Assembly: GCA_052279835.1 (NCBI GenBank)
Contig: CP181291.1
Location: forward strand, 2,240,001-2,304,000
Origin: Microcoleus sp.
GTDB taxonomy: Bacteria > Cyanobacteriota > Cyanobacteriia > Cyanobacteriales > Microcoleaceae
Direction of reading: 5' to 3'
Length of the DNA: 64,000 bases
Positions within the stretch are counted from its first letter, which is position 1, and each line of letters begins with the position of its first letter. Shown here in pieces: positions 62,028 to 64,000 of the stretch. Below the pieces are notes generated by a model. That model was not told the origin of the DNA and did no database searches. It saw only the letters and a list, made by a program, of their open reading frames with translations. The position numbers and the translations under genes were made by a program.

Positions 62028-63457
62028 TCAACAAACCGGATTTGATATCACATATTGTTTCACCACAGGACAAAGATTGAATAAAGTTTCATTCTCCTGT
62101 TCCCCAGTTTCCACGAGCGATCGCCTCCCCAAAGATTGCAGCCCATCGAATAACTCCGAGGGCGATAACTCAGCATCTTTTAGCAATTGCTCTATAGAAA
62201 CTGGATTCACTTCGCGGCTGAGGCTGGAGATAAGCTTTTTCTCTAATTCTGACAACCGATTTATCTGCGGGTGCAATGTTGCCACCAATTCTTCGCCTAA
62301 GAATAGCATATCATATTTCAAAAATTCTGCAACCCTACCTCGGAATATTTCTTGAATGGTAGTGGCGACTATTTTCAACCACAATGGATTGCCTTGATAG
62401 GCGTTAATTAGGTTTTCCCATGTTTCGGGATTGAGTAAACTTTTTTGTCTGAAAATTTCGGTAGCGGCTGCACCTATGCCTTTGAGTTGTAAGCTGCGAA
62501 ACTGGTGAATTTTCACCTTTTAAGGCGGTAATTTCTCTGGGTGGTTCCCAACTGTTGAGGATTAAACAACTGTTGTGGGTTGTTTCTCCGATTTGTCTGA
62601 AGAAGATGCTGTAATTTTCGCATTCTGGGCGGTAATTTCCTGCTAGTTGTCCGCTACCCAGAATGGCTTGCACGTCGTCGAGGATAATGAGGCAGCGGTT
62701 TTTTCGCAGATATTCCATTAACAGGGAAAGTCGATCGGGGATGCTGCTAGGTAAAAACCCCTCTTCGCCCCCCCTTGGCAAGGGGGGGGTTGGGGGGGTA
62801 TTGATTGGCGATAAATTGAATGAGATTTTTTAGGGTAGTTTCTAACGGTGGGGAGTGGCCCAGACTTCGCCAGATGACGCATTCAAAGTTATGTTGAATT
62901 TTTTGGATGAGGTGGAGGGAAAGTGCAGTTTTGCCAATGCCGCTGAGTCCTGATATTGCTGCGATGTTGCACTTTTCTTGGACGATGGATTTTTCCAGGG
63001 TGGCGAGTTCGGATGTGCGATCGCACAACAATGAAATGTGAGGTGCGTCTGCTAAGTCTAGTCTGGTTTGGGGTTCGGAGGTTTCTGAGGATGGGGTTGA
63101 GGGCGATCGAGCTTTTGGAACTTCTGAAGATTGGCTATCTGTACTAACATTAACGTTACAAAATACAAAATCCTTACCAAAGTTTTGTGAAACGATGAAT
63201 ACTTGTCGTCTCTCAAGTGTTGAGCGTAAATTCGATTGAGTTACTTCTTCATCTAATACATTTGATAAACGCTTCCATAATTTTGAGGCGATATTTCTGA
63301 TGTGACCTTCGCTACAATATGATGTTTCTGCGATTTGAGAGTATTTTTGACCTTCCCATACACCCACCAGGATAGCTTTTTGCAGATCGTCCAAGTGTTC
63401 TCCTGTTTTGGCGAAAACCATTTCGTCGGCAAATCTCAAGACTTCTTGAACGTCCAT
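62028..63457 (-). pseudogene. HTH + NB-ARC (STAND) protein split by two frameshifts
   Basis: Three consecutive frames: N-terminal HTH and Walker A GLSGIGKT; Walker B LIILDDVQ; GNPLWLK and winged helix; shifts at ~62760-62800 and ~62500. Confidence 0.8.
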
Positions 63458-63904
63458 TGGTCAGGTAGTTGTGACGGTTTTCGTTATTTTAGCATATATG
63501 TTATGACATTTTGTGATGTAGAGGGCGAAATATGACTTTTTTATGACAAAGAGGTTTTAAAAATTTCTTACATCTTCTGATATTTTATGACTTGACTTCA
63601 TTATGGGTATGATGGTAATTTTATTTAATACAATTTTAATGATTTACACGGGCTGCCACAAGATTTCGGGAATTCCAGAAAATGCTGCTGCTTTCGCAGT
63701 TTCAGTCATGTTACTTTTGAGTGGCTGGTTATTTAAAATCTTGATTTTATCTAACATATTGAAAAGCTGAATAATGTAGGAACCAAGATGAAAAATGATT
63801 TGAGCTGGTTTGAAATAATCAGACTATTTTTTGAACTGCTTTTTCAGCTAGTTGACTGACAGTATTAATTTATCGTAGGTATTTGACCCTAAAAGGAAAG
63901 AAGC

Positions 63905-64000
63905 ATGGATACACTGGTAGCAGCAATCGCAGAAATTTTAGATTATATTCACACCCAAGGCCCAGACGCGATCGCGCAGCTCACGGCACTACTGGAAGCT
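63905..64000 (+). CDS. Start of an ORF running off the window (MDTLVAAIAEILDY...)
   Basis: ATG preceded by AAAGGAAAG; open to the end of the window. Confidence 0.5.
   Translation, partial: MDTLVAAIAEILDYIHTQGPDAIAQLTALLEA

Overview
Chromosomal window from a filamentous cyanobacterium, probably Oscillatoriales (inferred from abundant HIP1 GCGATCGC octamers, 7-bp STRR tandem repeats and the ado-aar-accA-SDR-folE alkane cluster). Most of it is housekeeping and signalling: a GT2/acetyltransferase polysaccharide cluster, an HDAC-like protein, two histidine kinase/adenylate cyclase loci, glnB, ilvB, pyrC, phoX, rpsF, aroQ, cinA, glyA and a large RTX metalloprotease. The most notable accessory items are: (1) a truncated IscB that keeps an apparently complete upstream omega-RNA and sits in the centre of a palindrome; (2) a ~407-bp ORF-less IS200/IS605 derivative with a TnpB-type omega-RNA end, inserted next to the NtcA site of glnB; (3) a PARIS-like ABC-ATPase + TOPRIM (DUF4435-like) gene pair; (4) an insert-Cys cyanobacteriochrome hybrid kinase overlapping an adenylate cyclase gene; (5) a Pho-box promoter upstream of an atypical SphR/PhoB-like regulator and phoX; (6) a 179-bp tandem duplication upstream of the RTX protease; (7) a doubly frameshifted NB-ARC regulator; and several MITE/REP-like repeat families. 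No rRNA, tRNA or CRISPR array was recognised. All family assignments come from reading motifs by eye; no database search was run.
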